DNA of 64,000 nucleotides from Thermoplasmata archaeon (GTDB lineage: Archaea > Thermoplasmatota > Thermoplasmata > UBA10834). Below are positions 37,492-46,125 of this stretch, piece after piece. Position 1 is the first letter of the stretch. Each line of letters begins with the position of its first letter. The stretch is from positions 13,476 to 77,475 of the forward strand of contig JAJYIS010000001.1 in the NCBI GenBank assembly GCA_021789945.1. The letters run 5' to 3'. Position numbers and translations under genes: made by a program. Below the pieces are notes generated by a model. The model saw only the letters and a program-made list of their open reading frames with translations. It ran no database searches and was not told the origin of the DNA.

Positions 37492-38271
37492 TTGGCCCAG
37501 AAAGCTAGAGCAACCGCGAAGAAGGTCAAGGACAGATGGCGGGCGAAGGAATGGTACAAGATCTACGCCCCCGAGATGTTCAGCAAGATGCAGCTGGGGG
37601 AGACCCCCGCCGAGACCCCGGACGGGGTCATGGGCAGGATAACGGAGGCCACCGTCCAGGACCTCATAGGCGATTTCTCGAAGATGCACATCAAAATCAA
37701 GTTCAAGGTCAACAACGTGAGCGGGCTCGACGCGCACACGATGTTCGTCGGACACGACCTGACGAGCGACTATGTCAGGCGGCTCACGAGGAGGAAGAGG
37801 ACCAAGACCGATGCGGTCGTTGACGTGACGACCAAGGACGCGTGGGAGATCAGGGTCAAGCCGATGGCGGTCTCCGAGCAGAGGATTCAAGCATCCCAGG
37901 AGACGGCCATCAGGAACATCATGCGGGACGAGGTCAAGAGGATCGCCTCCGAGGTCACGATAGGCGAGTTCGTCCGCATGCTCATCATGGGTGACCTGGC
38001 CAGGGGCATCTCGGAAGCCTCGAAGGTCATCGTGCCCATCAAGAGGATAGAGATACGCAGGAGCGAGGTCACGAGGATGGGCAAGCTGCCCGAGCCGGGC
38101 GAGCAGCCGATCGCAGGACCTGTCAGGGAGGAGGAGCCGCAGGAGCCCGCGGAAACGCCTGCGGCGCCGGAGCAGCCGGCACCTGAGGCTGCCGCGGAGC
38201 CGCCAGCCCCTGAGCCTGCGCCAGAGGTCCTGCAGCCCGAGGCCCCTGCAGAGGAAGAGAAGAAGGAGTAG
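37492..38271 (+). CDS. rps3ae: 30S ribosomal protein S3Ae (eS1) with an acidic Pro/Ala-rich tail
   Basis: KDRWRAKEWYKIYAP, GHDLTSDYVRRL and IVPIKRIEIRRSEV motifs. Confidence 0.95.
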   Translation: MAQKARATAKKVKDRWRAKEWYKIYAPEMFSKMQLGETPAETPDGVMGRITEATVQDLIGDFSKMHIKIKFKVNNVSGLDAHTMFVGHDLTSDYVRRLTRRKRTKTDAVVDVTTKDAWEIRVKPMAVSEQRIQASQETAIRNIMRDEVKRIASEVTIGEFVRMLIMGDLARGISEASKVIVPIKRIEIRRSEVTRMGKLPEPGEQPIAGPVREEEPQEPAETPAAPEQPAPEAAAEPPAPEPAPEVLQPEAPAEEEKKE

Positions 38272-38312
38272 GCCGGTGTCTCTGGATCTCGGTTCGATCT
38301 GTTTGCGAAAAA

Positions 38313-38420
38313 GTCGGGGTGGCTCAGCCTGGTGGAGCGTCGGACTCATAGGGAGTTGCTTTGACCAAACGCTCCTTGGACATCCGGAGGTCACGGGTTC
38401 GAACCCCGTCCCCGACACCA
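38313..38420 (+). tRNA. tRNA-Met(CAT), elongator type, with a 31-nt intron (38351-38381) and encoded CCA
   Basis: GTCGGGG/CCCCGAC acceptor, TCGGA-CTCATA[intron]A-TCCGG, ACGGG-TTCGAAC-CCCGT; G1-C72 and no triple G-C anticodon stem, so not initiator. Confidence 0.92.
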
Positions 38421-38460
38421 TCACTGTCGATCGTGTTGTCATGACAGAGGATGCGAGAGC

Positions 38461-39693
38461 ATGAGGGTCATCATCTATACCGGCAAGGGAGGCGTCGGGA
38501 AGACATCCGTCGCTGCGGCTACGGCCTTGAGATGTGCAGAAATGGGTTATCGCACCGTGGTCATGAGCACCGACGCCGCGCACAGCCTCTCCGACTCGAT
38601 CGAGTACCAGCTCTCGGGCGAGGTGCAGAACATCTCGAAGAACCTCGACGGGCTGGAGGTGGACATCCAGTACGAGCTCGAGCACAGGTGGAAGGAGATC
38701 CAGACCTATCTTTCGGACTTCCTGACATCACAGGGGATGGATGGCGTGACGGCCAAGGAGATGGCCGTGTTCCCCGGCATGGAGCTCATGTCGGCGCTGT
38801 TCTACGTTGAGGAGTGGCACAAGGCGAAGAAGTACGACGTGGTCGTCATGGACACCGCCCCGACCGCAGACACGCTCCGCCTCCTCGCGTTTCCCGACAC
38901 GGCCAACTGGTACTTCGACAAGCTCTTCGGGATGGTCAAGAACGTGATGAAGCTCGCGCGCGTGACCGTGGGGAGGGTGATGTCCACCCCGCTCCCCTCC
39001 GACAGGTTCCTGGACGACCTCGAGGCCCTCAGGTTCAGGCTCGGATATGTCAGGGATCTTCTGACCGACCCTGAGATATCATCAGTCAGGCTGGTCCTGA
39101 ACCCCGAGCGCATGGTGATCACGGAGACTCAGAGGGCGTACACCTACCTCTGCCTCTACGGATACACGGTCGAGGCGCTTGTGATAAACAGGGTCCTGCC
39201 GAAGGACATCAGCGACTCGTTCTTCGACGACAAGTTCGAGGAGCAGGCGGCCCATCTCCAGACGATCGTCGAGGCGTTCTCGCCCCTGAAGATGCTCCAG
39301 GCGGAGCTGATGCCACGGGAGATCGTCGGGCGGAAGGCGCTCGAGATGCTCGCGGACCAGCTGTTCGGGAAGCAGGACCCTTCGGCGGTGTACTCCAAGG
39401 AGTCCCCGATGAAGATGTACGACGAGGAGGACGACAACAGCGTCCTCGCCATCAAGATGCCCTTCGAGCTCAACCGGAAAATAGAGCTTTATACGCGAAA
39501 AGACGATTTGGTGCTGCAGCTGGGTGCGTTCAAGAAGTCGATCACGCTCCCGCACTCGATGGCCAACAGGAAGATCCTGGGAGCGGACCTGCAGAACGGC
39601 TGGCTGAGGATCAAGTTCGAGGGAGAACATGTCACCACAAAGAAAGGCAGGAAAGGGCGCCGAGGCCGCAAGGCGCGTGGAAAGGAGCCTTGA
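38461..39693 (+). CDS. ArsA/GET3-family ATPase with a C-terminal HSP20-like domain
   Basis: GKGGVGKT, STDAAHSLSD, PGMELM and DTAPT motifs; beta-rich C-terminal extension (LVLQLGAFKKSITLP...GWLRIKF). Confidence 0.88.
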   Translation: MRVIIYTGKGGVGKTSVAAATALRCAEMGYRTVVMSTDAAHSLSDSIEYQLSGEVQNISKNLDGLEVDIQYELEHRWKEIQTYLSDFLTSQGMDGVTAKEMAVFPGMELMSALFYVEEWHKAKKYDVVVMDTAPTADTLRLLAFPDTANWYFDKLFGMVKNVMKLARVTVGRVMSTPLPSDRFLDDLEALRFRLGYVRDLLTDPEISSVRLVLNPERMVITETQRAYTYLCLYGYTVEALVINRVLPKDISDSFFDDKFEEQAAHLQTIVEAFSPLKMLQAELMPREIVGRKALEMLADQLFGKQDPSAVYSKESPMKMYDEEDDNSVLAIKMPFELNRKIELYTRKDDLVLQLGAFKKSITLPHSMANRKILGADLQNGWLRIKFEGEHVTTKKGRKGRRGRKARGKEP

Positions 39694-39955
39694 GGAGATC
39701 GCAGGCGTGGTCAGCAGGGACTCGATGACCCACTTCATGAACGCGGGCCTCGAGATGCTCCAGGCGGCAAACGCCGCTGTGGAGAAGATGAACTTCCCGG
39801 AGGAGACGAAGATCAGGGTCCACAAGGCCGAGAAGGAGGTCCTGCTCGGCTGGAAGGCGGCTATCGACGCCGTGCTTCAGCAGGTGGAGAAGGAGATCCC
39901 TCCGAAGAAGGCCGCAGAGCTGAAGAAGATCGAGATAAGGCGCAAGGCGAAGTGA
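39629..39955 (+). CDS. Small helical hypothetical protein overlapping the ArsA-like gene end
   Basis: 108 aa, amphipathic, host codon usage. Confidence 0.65.
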   Translation: MSPQRKAGKGAEAARRVERSLEEIAGVVSRDSMTHFMNAGLEMLQAANAAVEKMNFPEETKIRVHKAEKEVLLGWKAAIDAVLQQVEKEIPPKKAAELKKIEIRRKAK

Positions 39956-40088
39956 GCCCGCAGCGACATGCTCGCGGGAGCACATCGGCTCGACTCGGCC
40001 AGCTGCGGACTTTCGGGCCCGACAATCACCTTTTTTATTCGAACTCCATTACTCTGCAGAAACATAGTTTGTCAGGGGGACAGATACC

Positions 40089-40538
40089 ATGACGAAGATG
40101 TTGGTACCGTACCCGGAGAACTGCACTGGCTGCCGGATGTGCGAGATGGTCTGCTCGATCTACCACGAGGGCAAGGTCAACCATGCCGACGCCAGGCTGC
40201 AGGTCCACCGGAGGAATGTGAAGCTCGATTTCCCGTCTGTGTGCACCCACTGCGTGTCGTGCGGCGACGAATGCTGCATGCTACGCTGCCCGGTCGAGGC
40301 GATCAAGAAGAAGGACGGCGTGGTCTACGTCGACCAGGAGCTCTGCACCGCGTGCGGGGAGTGCGTTGAGGTCTGTCCCTTCGGCGTGATGCGCATGGAG
40401 GAGAAGGCCTTCAACTGCGACCTGTGCGGCGGGCATCCCACCTGCGTGAACTTCTGCCCGATGCATGCGCTCATGTACGAGGAGCCTAAGCCGGAGAGGT
40501 ATGAGCAGGTCAAGAGACTACTTGCACCGGAGGAGTGA
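40089..40538 (+). CDS. 4Fe-4S dicluster electron-transfer subunit (DmsB/HycB-like) of AOR
   Basis: Four Cys clusters: CTGCRMC, CTHCVSC, CTACGECVEVCPFG and CDLCGGHPTCVNFCP. Confidence 0.88.
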   Translation: MTKMLVPYPENCTGCRMCEMVCSIYHEGKVNHADARLQVHRRNVKLDFPSVCTHCVSCGDECCMLRCPVEAIKKKDGVVYVDQELCTACGECVEVCPFGVMRMEEKAFNCDLCGGHPTCVNFCPMHALMYEEPKPERYEQVKRLLAPEE

Positions 40539-40540
40539 CC

Positions 40541-42370
40541 ATGAAGGGTTACACTGGCAGGATACTCAAGATTGACCTCACGTCCGGCAAGTCCTTCACG
40601 AGGACATTCGACGAGAGCTACGTGAGGAAGTACCTCGGAGGGCAGGGGTTCGCCGTGGAACTCGTGTACCACGGCGTCCCGAAGGGCACGGATGCGCTCG
40701 ACCCCAAGAACGTGCTCGCGATGTCCGGCGGGGCGTTCAACGGGTTCCCGATCGGCACCGCGAGCAAGGTCGCATGGGCCTCGAAGTCCCCGGCGACGGG
40801 CACGCTCGCCGAGAGCATCATGGGCGGGTCGATCGGGCCGGAGCTGAAGCACGCGGGCTACGACGCGCTCGAGATCGTCGGCAAGGCCAGCGCGCCATCT
40901 TACATCTACATAGAGGACGACACGGTCGACATCAGGGATGCGGGCGACCTCTGGGGGAAGGACACCAGAGTGGTCCCGGAGACGCTCAAGATGCGCCATG
41001 GCTGGGACGTGAAGGTTGCGTGCATCGGCGTGGCCGGGGAAAAGCTCTCGAAGATCGCGGGCATCGACTGCGACGACAGGCAGGCTGGGAGGGCGGGCCT
41101 CGGAGCGGTCATGGGCTCGAAGAACCTCAAGGCGATCGTAGTCCGCGGGACGAAGGACCTCGTGCCCCACGACCCGAAGGCGGTCCTGAGGCTGGCGTAC
41201 CAGTACCAGAGGATCTACCAGGCTGCCGGATCCTGGGTCGAGGACACGAAGTACGGCACCGGCGAGTTCCTGGGCTGGGTCAACAAGGAGAGGGGCGTCT
41301 TCCCGACGAGGAACTGGCAGGAGAGCGTCTTCAACGAGCGGGAGAAGATAGATCCGTACTACTGGGCCACGAGATACGTCACGAAGAACAAGGCGTGTTT
41401 CTCGTGCACGAAGCCCTGCGGGAAGCTGTTCGAGGTCAAGGACGGCAAGTTCAAGGGCGTCGCGATCGACGGAATCGAGTACGAGACACTCTACTCGCTC
41501 GGCGCGGCGTGCGGCAACGCAGACGTCGAGTCTGTCGCGAGGGCGAACGAGCTGTGTGACCTGCTGGGCATCGACACCATATCCGCAGGTGTCACGGTCG
41601 GGTTCGCCATGGAGCTGTTCCAGCGCGGGATCATCACGGAGAAGGAGACCGGAGTCAACCTCGCCTGGAGCAACGCCTCGGACGCAGTCCCGCAGATGAT
41701 AGAGCTGATGGGCAACAGGAAGGGCTTCGGCGATGTCCTCGCGGACGGCGTCAAGGTCGCCGCGAAGAGGATCGGAAAGGGCTCAGAGAGATACGCGATC
41801 CACACGAAGGGACTGGAGCCGCCGGCGTACGACGTCAGGGGCATGAAGGGCCACGGCCTCGCCTACATGACCTCGACCAGGGGCGCGTGCCACCTGCGGG
41901 CCGGGTTCTACGCCCCGGAGCTCGTGGGCAAGTTCTGGAAGTGGGAGGGCATAGACAGGTTCTCCGCCGTCGGCAAGGGCCCCATGGTCGCCACGATGGA
42001 GAACTTCATGTGTGTCTACGACTCCGTCGGCCTGTGCAAGTTCTCGAGGGGGTTCTATCTCATCGCGAAGCTTCCCGAGGTGCTCGAGGCGATCACCGGC
42101 CTGAAGTTCACCGAGGATGAGCTGCTCAAGATCGGCGAGCGCATACACAACATGAAGGGCAACTTCAACGCGCGCGAGGGCGTTACGAGGAAGGACTGGC
42201 TCCTCCCGCCCAGGATCCTCGAGGACCCGATCCCCGAGGGCGTCTCGAAGGGCCACAAGATAAGCGTCGAGGAGATGAACCTCATGCTCGACGACTACAT
42301 GAAGGCCCGGAACTGGACGAGCGACGGCGTCCCCACGCCGGAGAAGCTGAAGGATCTCGGGATCGACTAG
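40541..42370 (+). CDS. aor: Tungsten aldehyde:ferredoxin oxidoreductase family protein
   Basis: GYTGRILKIDL, KSPATG, GRAGLGAVMGSKNLKA, EYETL, DLLGIDTIS and RGACH motifs. Confidence 0.93.
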   Translation: MKGYTGRILKIDLTSGKSFTRTFDESYVRKYLGGQGFAVELVYHGVPKGTDALDPKNVLAMSGGAFNGFPIGTASKVAWASKSPATGTLAESIMGGSIGPELKHAGYDALEIVGKASAPSYIYIEDDTVDIRDAGDLWGKDTRVVPETLKMRHGWDVKVACIGVAGEKLSKIAGIDCDDRQAGRAGLGAVMGSKNLKAIVVRGTKDLVPHDPKAVLRLAYQYQRIYQAAGSWVEDTKYGTGEFLGWVNKERGVFPTRNWQESVFNEREKIDPYYWATRYVTKNKACFSCTKPCGKLFEVKDGKFKGVAIDGIEYETLYSLGAACGNADVESVARANELCDLLGIDTISAGVTVGFAMELFQRGIITEKETGVNLAWSNASDAVPQMIELMGNRKGFGDVLADGVKVAAKRIGKGSERYAIHTKGLEPPAYDVRGMKGHGLAYMTSTRGACHLRAGFYAPELVGKFWKWEGIDRFSAVGKGPMVATMENFMCVYDSVGLCKFSRGFYLIAKLPEVLEAITGLKFTEDELLKIGERIHNMKGNFNAREGVTRKDWLLPPRILEDPIPEGVSKGHKISVEEMNLMLDDYMKARNWTSDGVPTPEKLKDLGID

Positions 42371-42714
42371 ATCATCTTGATGGTCTCGGCGATCTCATCG
42401 AGCTTGCTGATGGCCAACGCCGCGTCGCCCTTCCTTCCGACGACCGCCACGATCAGGGCCTTCCTCCCGGCCCCGACGACGACCATCTTCGCGTCCTCGC
42501 TCTCTACCGTGACATGCAGCGGGATGCCGACCCTCAGCTCGGAGTTCGCCGTCGAGGCGGCGCCCAGGAGGGTCGCGCACATGATGCCGAACGTCTCCAT
42601 CGAGACCCCTTCGGGCACGTCGGCGGCGATCACCAATCCGTCCCTGCTGATGACCGCGGATGCGGTTGCACCGCAGCTCTGTCTCAGAGCCCTGAGTGCG
42701 GGCTTCAGTTCCAT
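42367..42714 (-). CDS. Roadblock/LC7 (MglB-like) domain protein
   Basis: ASAVISRDGLVIAA...FGIMCATLLGAA...VTVESEDAKMVVVGAG pattern. Confidence 0.85.
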   Translation of the reverse strand: MELKPALRALRQSCGATASAVISRDGLVIAADVPEGVSMETFGIMCATLLGAASTANSELRVGIPLHVTVESEDAKMVVVGAGRKALIVAVVGRKGDAALAISKLDEIAETIKMI

Positions 42715-42715
42715 C

Positions 42716-43126
42716 CTATTCCCCTCCGAGCATCTCGACCTTGAAAACGCAGTGCTTGTCGCCCTTCGCAGCGCACTCGATCTCCTCGCAGTGGACCCGC
42801 CTGTGGGTCTTGGCCTCGTAGACCTTCCTGACGATGCCCCTCAGCCGGTGGCACGCGACGGCCTCCGAGGGAGCCGCCTCGATCGAGCCCTCGGCGACAG
42901 CGGTGGACTCCTGGAAGACGATATTGTCCACCCACCCGCGAGCGCGAAGCAGGTTCCCGCAGACCTCGAAGTACTTCTCGGGCTCCTGCATCGCGATCTT
43001 GGATATCTCCTCGCCGAAGATCATGCCCTCCCTGAAAAACAGCCCGTAGCAGGCCTGGGACATGACGCCTTCGTACAGCTTCCTTATCTGGTCGTACTCT
43101 GACTGGGAGAGCTTGACGAATTTCAT
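42716..43126 (-). CDS. Stand-alone V4R domain protein
   Basis: ACHRLRGIVR...CEEIECAAKGDKHCVF V4R Cys/His pattern. Confidence 0.82.
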   Translation of the reverse strand: MKFVKLSQSEYDQIRKLYEGVMSQACYGLFFREGMIFGEEISKIAMQEPEKYFEVCGNLLRARGWVDNIVFQESTAVAEGSIEAAPSEAVACHRLRGIVRKVYEAKTHRRVHCEEIECAAKGDKHCVFKVEMLGGE

Positions 43127-43252
43127 TGGACTCAGCTTCTAACAGATTTGTATGGTGCATATTTAATCTTTGGCGACAGGGGTTCAGGCCAGAGCCGGGC
43201 AGATGTGTGCCGGCTGACCTCAGACTGCCTCGAGGGTTCGGTATCTGCGAGG

Positions 43253-44134
43253 TCACGGTCGACCGTGGTCGACTGATGACAGACCGCCAATCTTCTTCCC
43301 GACTATGTTCGCGGCCACGCGGTCGAAGAGAGACTCGATCGCACTCCTGACTCGCCTGGTCCTAGACAGGACCACGACGAATACTCCGACGGCCGCTCCA
43401 GACACAACATCCATGGGCCAATGAACCCCGAGATACAGGACAGAGAAGACGATACTGGAAGTCGCCACGACCAGGAAGAATGCGTATCTCCTGTACTGCC
43501 TGCCCGCGAGCGCGAATGTCAAGGCCGTTGCGACGCACAGGCTCGTGTGCCCACTCGGGAAGCCATTGTTCAGGGGATCGATGCTGGTGACCATCCTCCC
43601 CCAGTTGGACTTCACGTACAGCAAGGGGGTCATGCCGGACCCAGGATAGCCGCCAGGAACCGAGACCGGGAAGAAGATGACGAACGGCAGAAGAACGAGG
43701 TAGTTCAGGATCAGGGCTATCGAGTATCTCCTCAGCGTTTCCCTGTCGTCCTTCGCGAGCAGAAGAATCGGCGAGAAGAATGACACGAACGTGAAGACCC
43801 AGACGTAGGCGAACACAAAGATGTCAGTGAAGAGTCCGTAGTTGAGCCAATTCTGGAGCACACGAATCGCTCCGCCCCCGAGCTGGTAGAGCCAGCTCGT
43901 ATAGATGTCCTCACGGACAAGGCTGTTGGGGCTCTGAGGCACAAGCATATCGATGAGGATGATTACCGACGGCAAGGCGAACAACATGAGGATATAGACG
44001 GCGTTGAAACGCAGAGAGCGGAGAGTCTTGTGGAGGTACATATTTCCGTACCCGACAAGAACGACGAGGCCTGCGAACACCGCTAGGGCGAGGCTCACGA
44101 CATAGAGGACCAAGAACAGGCCGAAGGGTATCAT
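43253..44134 (-). CDS. PAP2/AUR1-like membrane phosphatase or phosphotransferase
   Basis: NGFPSGHTS and LYLGVHWPMDVVSG motifs. Confidence 0.85.
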   Translation of the reverse strand: MIPFGLFLVLYVVSLALAVFAGLVVLVGYGNMYLHKTLRSLRFNAVYILMLFALPSVIILIDMLVPQSPNSLVREDIYTSWLYQLGGGAIRVLQNWLNYGLFTDIFVFAYVWVFTFVSFFSPILLLAKDDRETLRRYSIALILNYLVLLPFVIFFPVSVPGGYPGSGMTPLLYVKSNWGRMVTSIDPLNNGFPSGHTSLCVATALTFALAGRQYRRYAFFLVVATSSIVFSVLYLGVHWPMDVVSGAAVGVFVVVLSRTRRVRSAIESLFDRVAANIVGKKIGGLSSVDHGRP

Positions 44135-44258
44135 CCTATTCGACGAGATGAATCGCCTCTGACACTAGTAGTTCTTCCCGTTCGTGAAGGCATACCACCT
44201 TGGGGCATTCCTCTAAAGACTTTTATGTCGGGTACTCTATCCTGCTGACTCGACATCG

Positions 44259-44876
44259 ATGTTCTCAGACGAAGATGGGAAGATCGCGGTGAAGATTGCC
44301 CGTGCTATCGTAGAGTCCCATGTCAAACGTGAGAAGCAGCCGGAGTTCGAGGTCCCCGAGATCTTCAGGAACAACGGTGGAGTGTTCGTCACGCTCACGA
44401 CCTATCCCGAGGACGACCTGCGGGGATGCATCGGATATCCGGAGCCGATCATGCCGCTCATCGATGCCCTGAAGGATGCGGCCGCGAGCGCGGCCTCCAG
44501 AGACCCTCGCTTTCCACCCGTGAAAGCGCCAGAGCTGAAGAAGATCAAGGTGGAGGTCAGCCTGCTCACGCCGCCGGTCGAGATATGCGTCGAGAAGCCC
44601 CAGAAGCTGGTCGAATGCGTCAAGATCGGCGAGGACGGCCTCATCGCGCAGCGGGACTGGGCCAGAGGCCTGCTCCTCCCCCAGGTACCCATCGAGTGGC
44701 AATGGGACGCCGAGGAGTTCCTCTGTCAGACCTGCGTCAAGGCCGGCCTGATGCCCGACGCATGGCTCCAGAAGGGCACGAAGATGTTCAAGTTCCAGGC
44801 GGAGGTCTTCTCGGAGTCGAAGCCCGGAGGAGAGGTCAAGAGAAGGAAGCTCGGTGAAGAACATGGACATTGTTGA
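44259..44876 (+). CDS. AMMECR1 domain protein (TIGR00296 family)
   Basis: GVFVTL, LRGCIG, DPRFPP, EVSLL and GLLLPQV motifs. Confidence 0.93.
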   Translation: MFSDEDGKIAVKIARAIVESHVKREKQPEFEVPEIFRNNGGVFVTLTTYPEDDLRGCIGYPEPIMPLIDALKDAAASAASRDPRFPPVKAPELKKIKVEVSLLTPPVEICVEKPQKLVECVKIGEDGLIAQRDWARGLLLPQVPIEWQWDAEEFLCQTCVKAGLMPDAWLQKGTKMFKFQAEVFSESKPGGEVKRRKLGEEHGHC

Positions 44877-46125
44877 GGGCCGGTTCTTCATCTCCGGGAG
44901 ATTCGAGGATTGCTGTGTCGGGATCCAGGATGGGAGGATCGCTAAGATCGCCAAGGTCCTCGAAGGAGATACGAGGAGGAGGTTCGGGGGCGCCGGGATC
45001 CTCCCAGGGGCGATCGACGCGCACGTGCATTTCAGGGACCCGGGGATGACCTCGAAGGAGGACTTCGGGACGGGCTCGACCGCGGCACTGCATGGAGGCG
45101 TCACCTGCGTTCTCGACATGCCGAACACATCGCCGGCTACGACCACTCTGTCCGCGCTGAGGGACAAGAAGAAGCTCGCATCGGCCAAGAGCATGGTCGA
45201 CTTCGGACTCTACGCCGGAGTGCGCGAGGGGATAGACGTCCGAGCCCTCGCAAAGGAGGCCGTCGGGTTCAAGCTGTACATGGCCAGCACGACCGGGGAG
45301 CTGATGGTCCAGTCGCTGGCCGATGTCAAGTCTGAGCTCTCGGCGATTGCCGGGACGGGCAAGGTACTTGCCGTCCACGCGGAGGACGAGAAGCTCAGGA
45401 AGAAGGAGCCGGAGAAGGACCTCGATGACCATCTAAGGAACAGGAACAACGAGTGCGAGACGAGCGCCATCCGGAAGGTGAAGGATGCCGCGAAGGGCTG
45501 CAGGATCCACATCTGCCATGTCTCTGCCAAGGACTCCCTGCCCCTGATCCAAAATACGAAGGAGCTGACATCAGAGGTCACCCCGCACCACCTCATTCTG
45601 GACAAGGATATCAAGGTCGGCTCGCACGCGAAGGTCAACCCGCCGCTCAGGAAGCGCGAGGACCGGCATGCGCTCTTCAAGGCGCTTCAGGGAGGGACGT
45701 TCGACATCATCGCCTCCGACCACGCGCCGCACACGCTCGACGAGAAGGCGGAGGACTTCGACTACGCTCCGAGCGGCATGCCAGGGGTCGAGACGATGCT
45801 CCCGCTCATGTTGCACATGGTCGAGGAGAAGCACCTGGACCTCGCAGGGGCGGTCGCCAGGCTGTGCTCCCGCCCAGGCGAGATCTTCGGCATCCCGAAG
45901 GGGAAGATCGCGGTCGGGTATGACGCGGACTTCATTGTCGTCGATTTCTCGCAGTGCGTAATGGTGCGCGCGGACCGGCTGCCTTCGAAGTGCGGCTGGA
46001 CGGCGTACGAGGGAATGCCCGCGATATTCCCGAAGTCGGTAATCGTCCGCGGGGAGACGATCCTCGACAGAGGGGATGTCGTCGGAGACCAGATCGGGCG
46101 GGACGTGATTGCAGCGCGGAAGTGA
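44863..46125 (+). CDS. pyrC: Dihydroorotase
   Basis: IDAHVHFRDPG, DMPNT, EVTPHHL, KVNPPLR and IASDHAPH motifs. Confidence 0.88.
   Translation: MDIVEGRFFISGRFEDCCVGIQDGRIAKIAKVLEGDTRRRFGGAGILPGAIDAHVHFRDPGMTSKEDFGTGSTAALHGGVTCVLDMPNTSPATTTLSALRDKKKLASAKSMVDFGLYAGVREGIDVRALAKEAVGFKLYMASTTGELMVQSLADVKSELSAIAGTGKVLAVHAEDEKLRKKEPEKDLDDHLRNRNNECETSAIRKVKDAAKGCRIHICHVSAKDSLPLIQNTKELTSEVTPHHLILDKDIKVGSHAKVNPPLRKREDRHALFKALQGGTFDIIASDHAPHTLDEKAEDFDYAPSGMPGVETMLPLMLHMVEEKHLDLAGAVARLCSRPGEIFGIPKGKIAVGYDADFIVVDFSQCVMVRADRLPSKCGWTAYEGMPAIFPKSVIVRGETILDRGDVVGDQIGRDVIAARK

Noticed and set aside
38461-39693. ArsA-family gene as an arsenite-pump ATPase linked to the island's acr3
   Set aside because: Single-domain protein without the metalloid-binding Cys set, with an HSP20-like tail, in core context 20 kb from acr3
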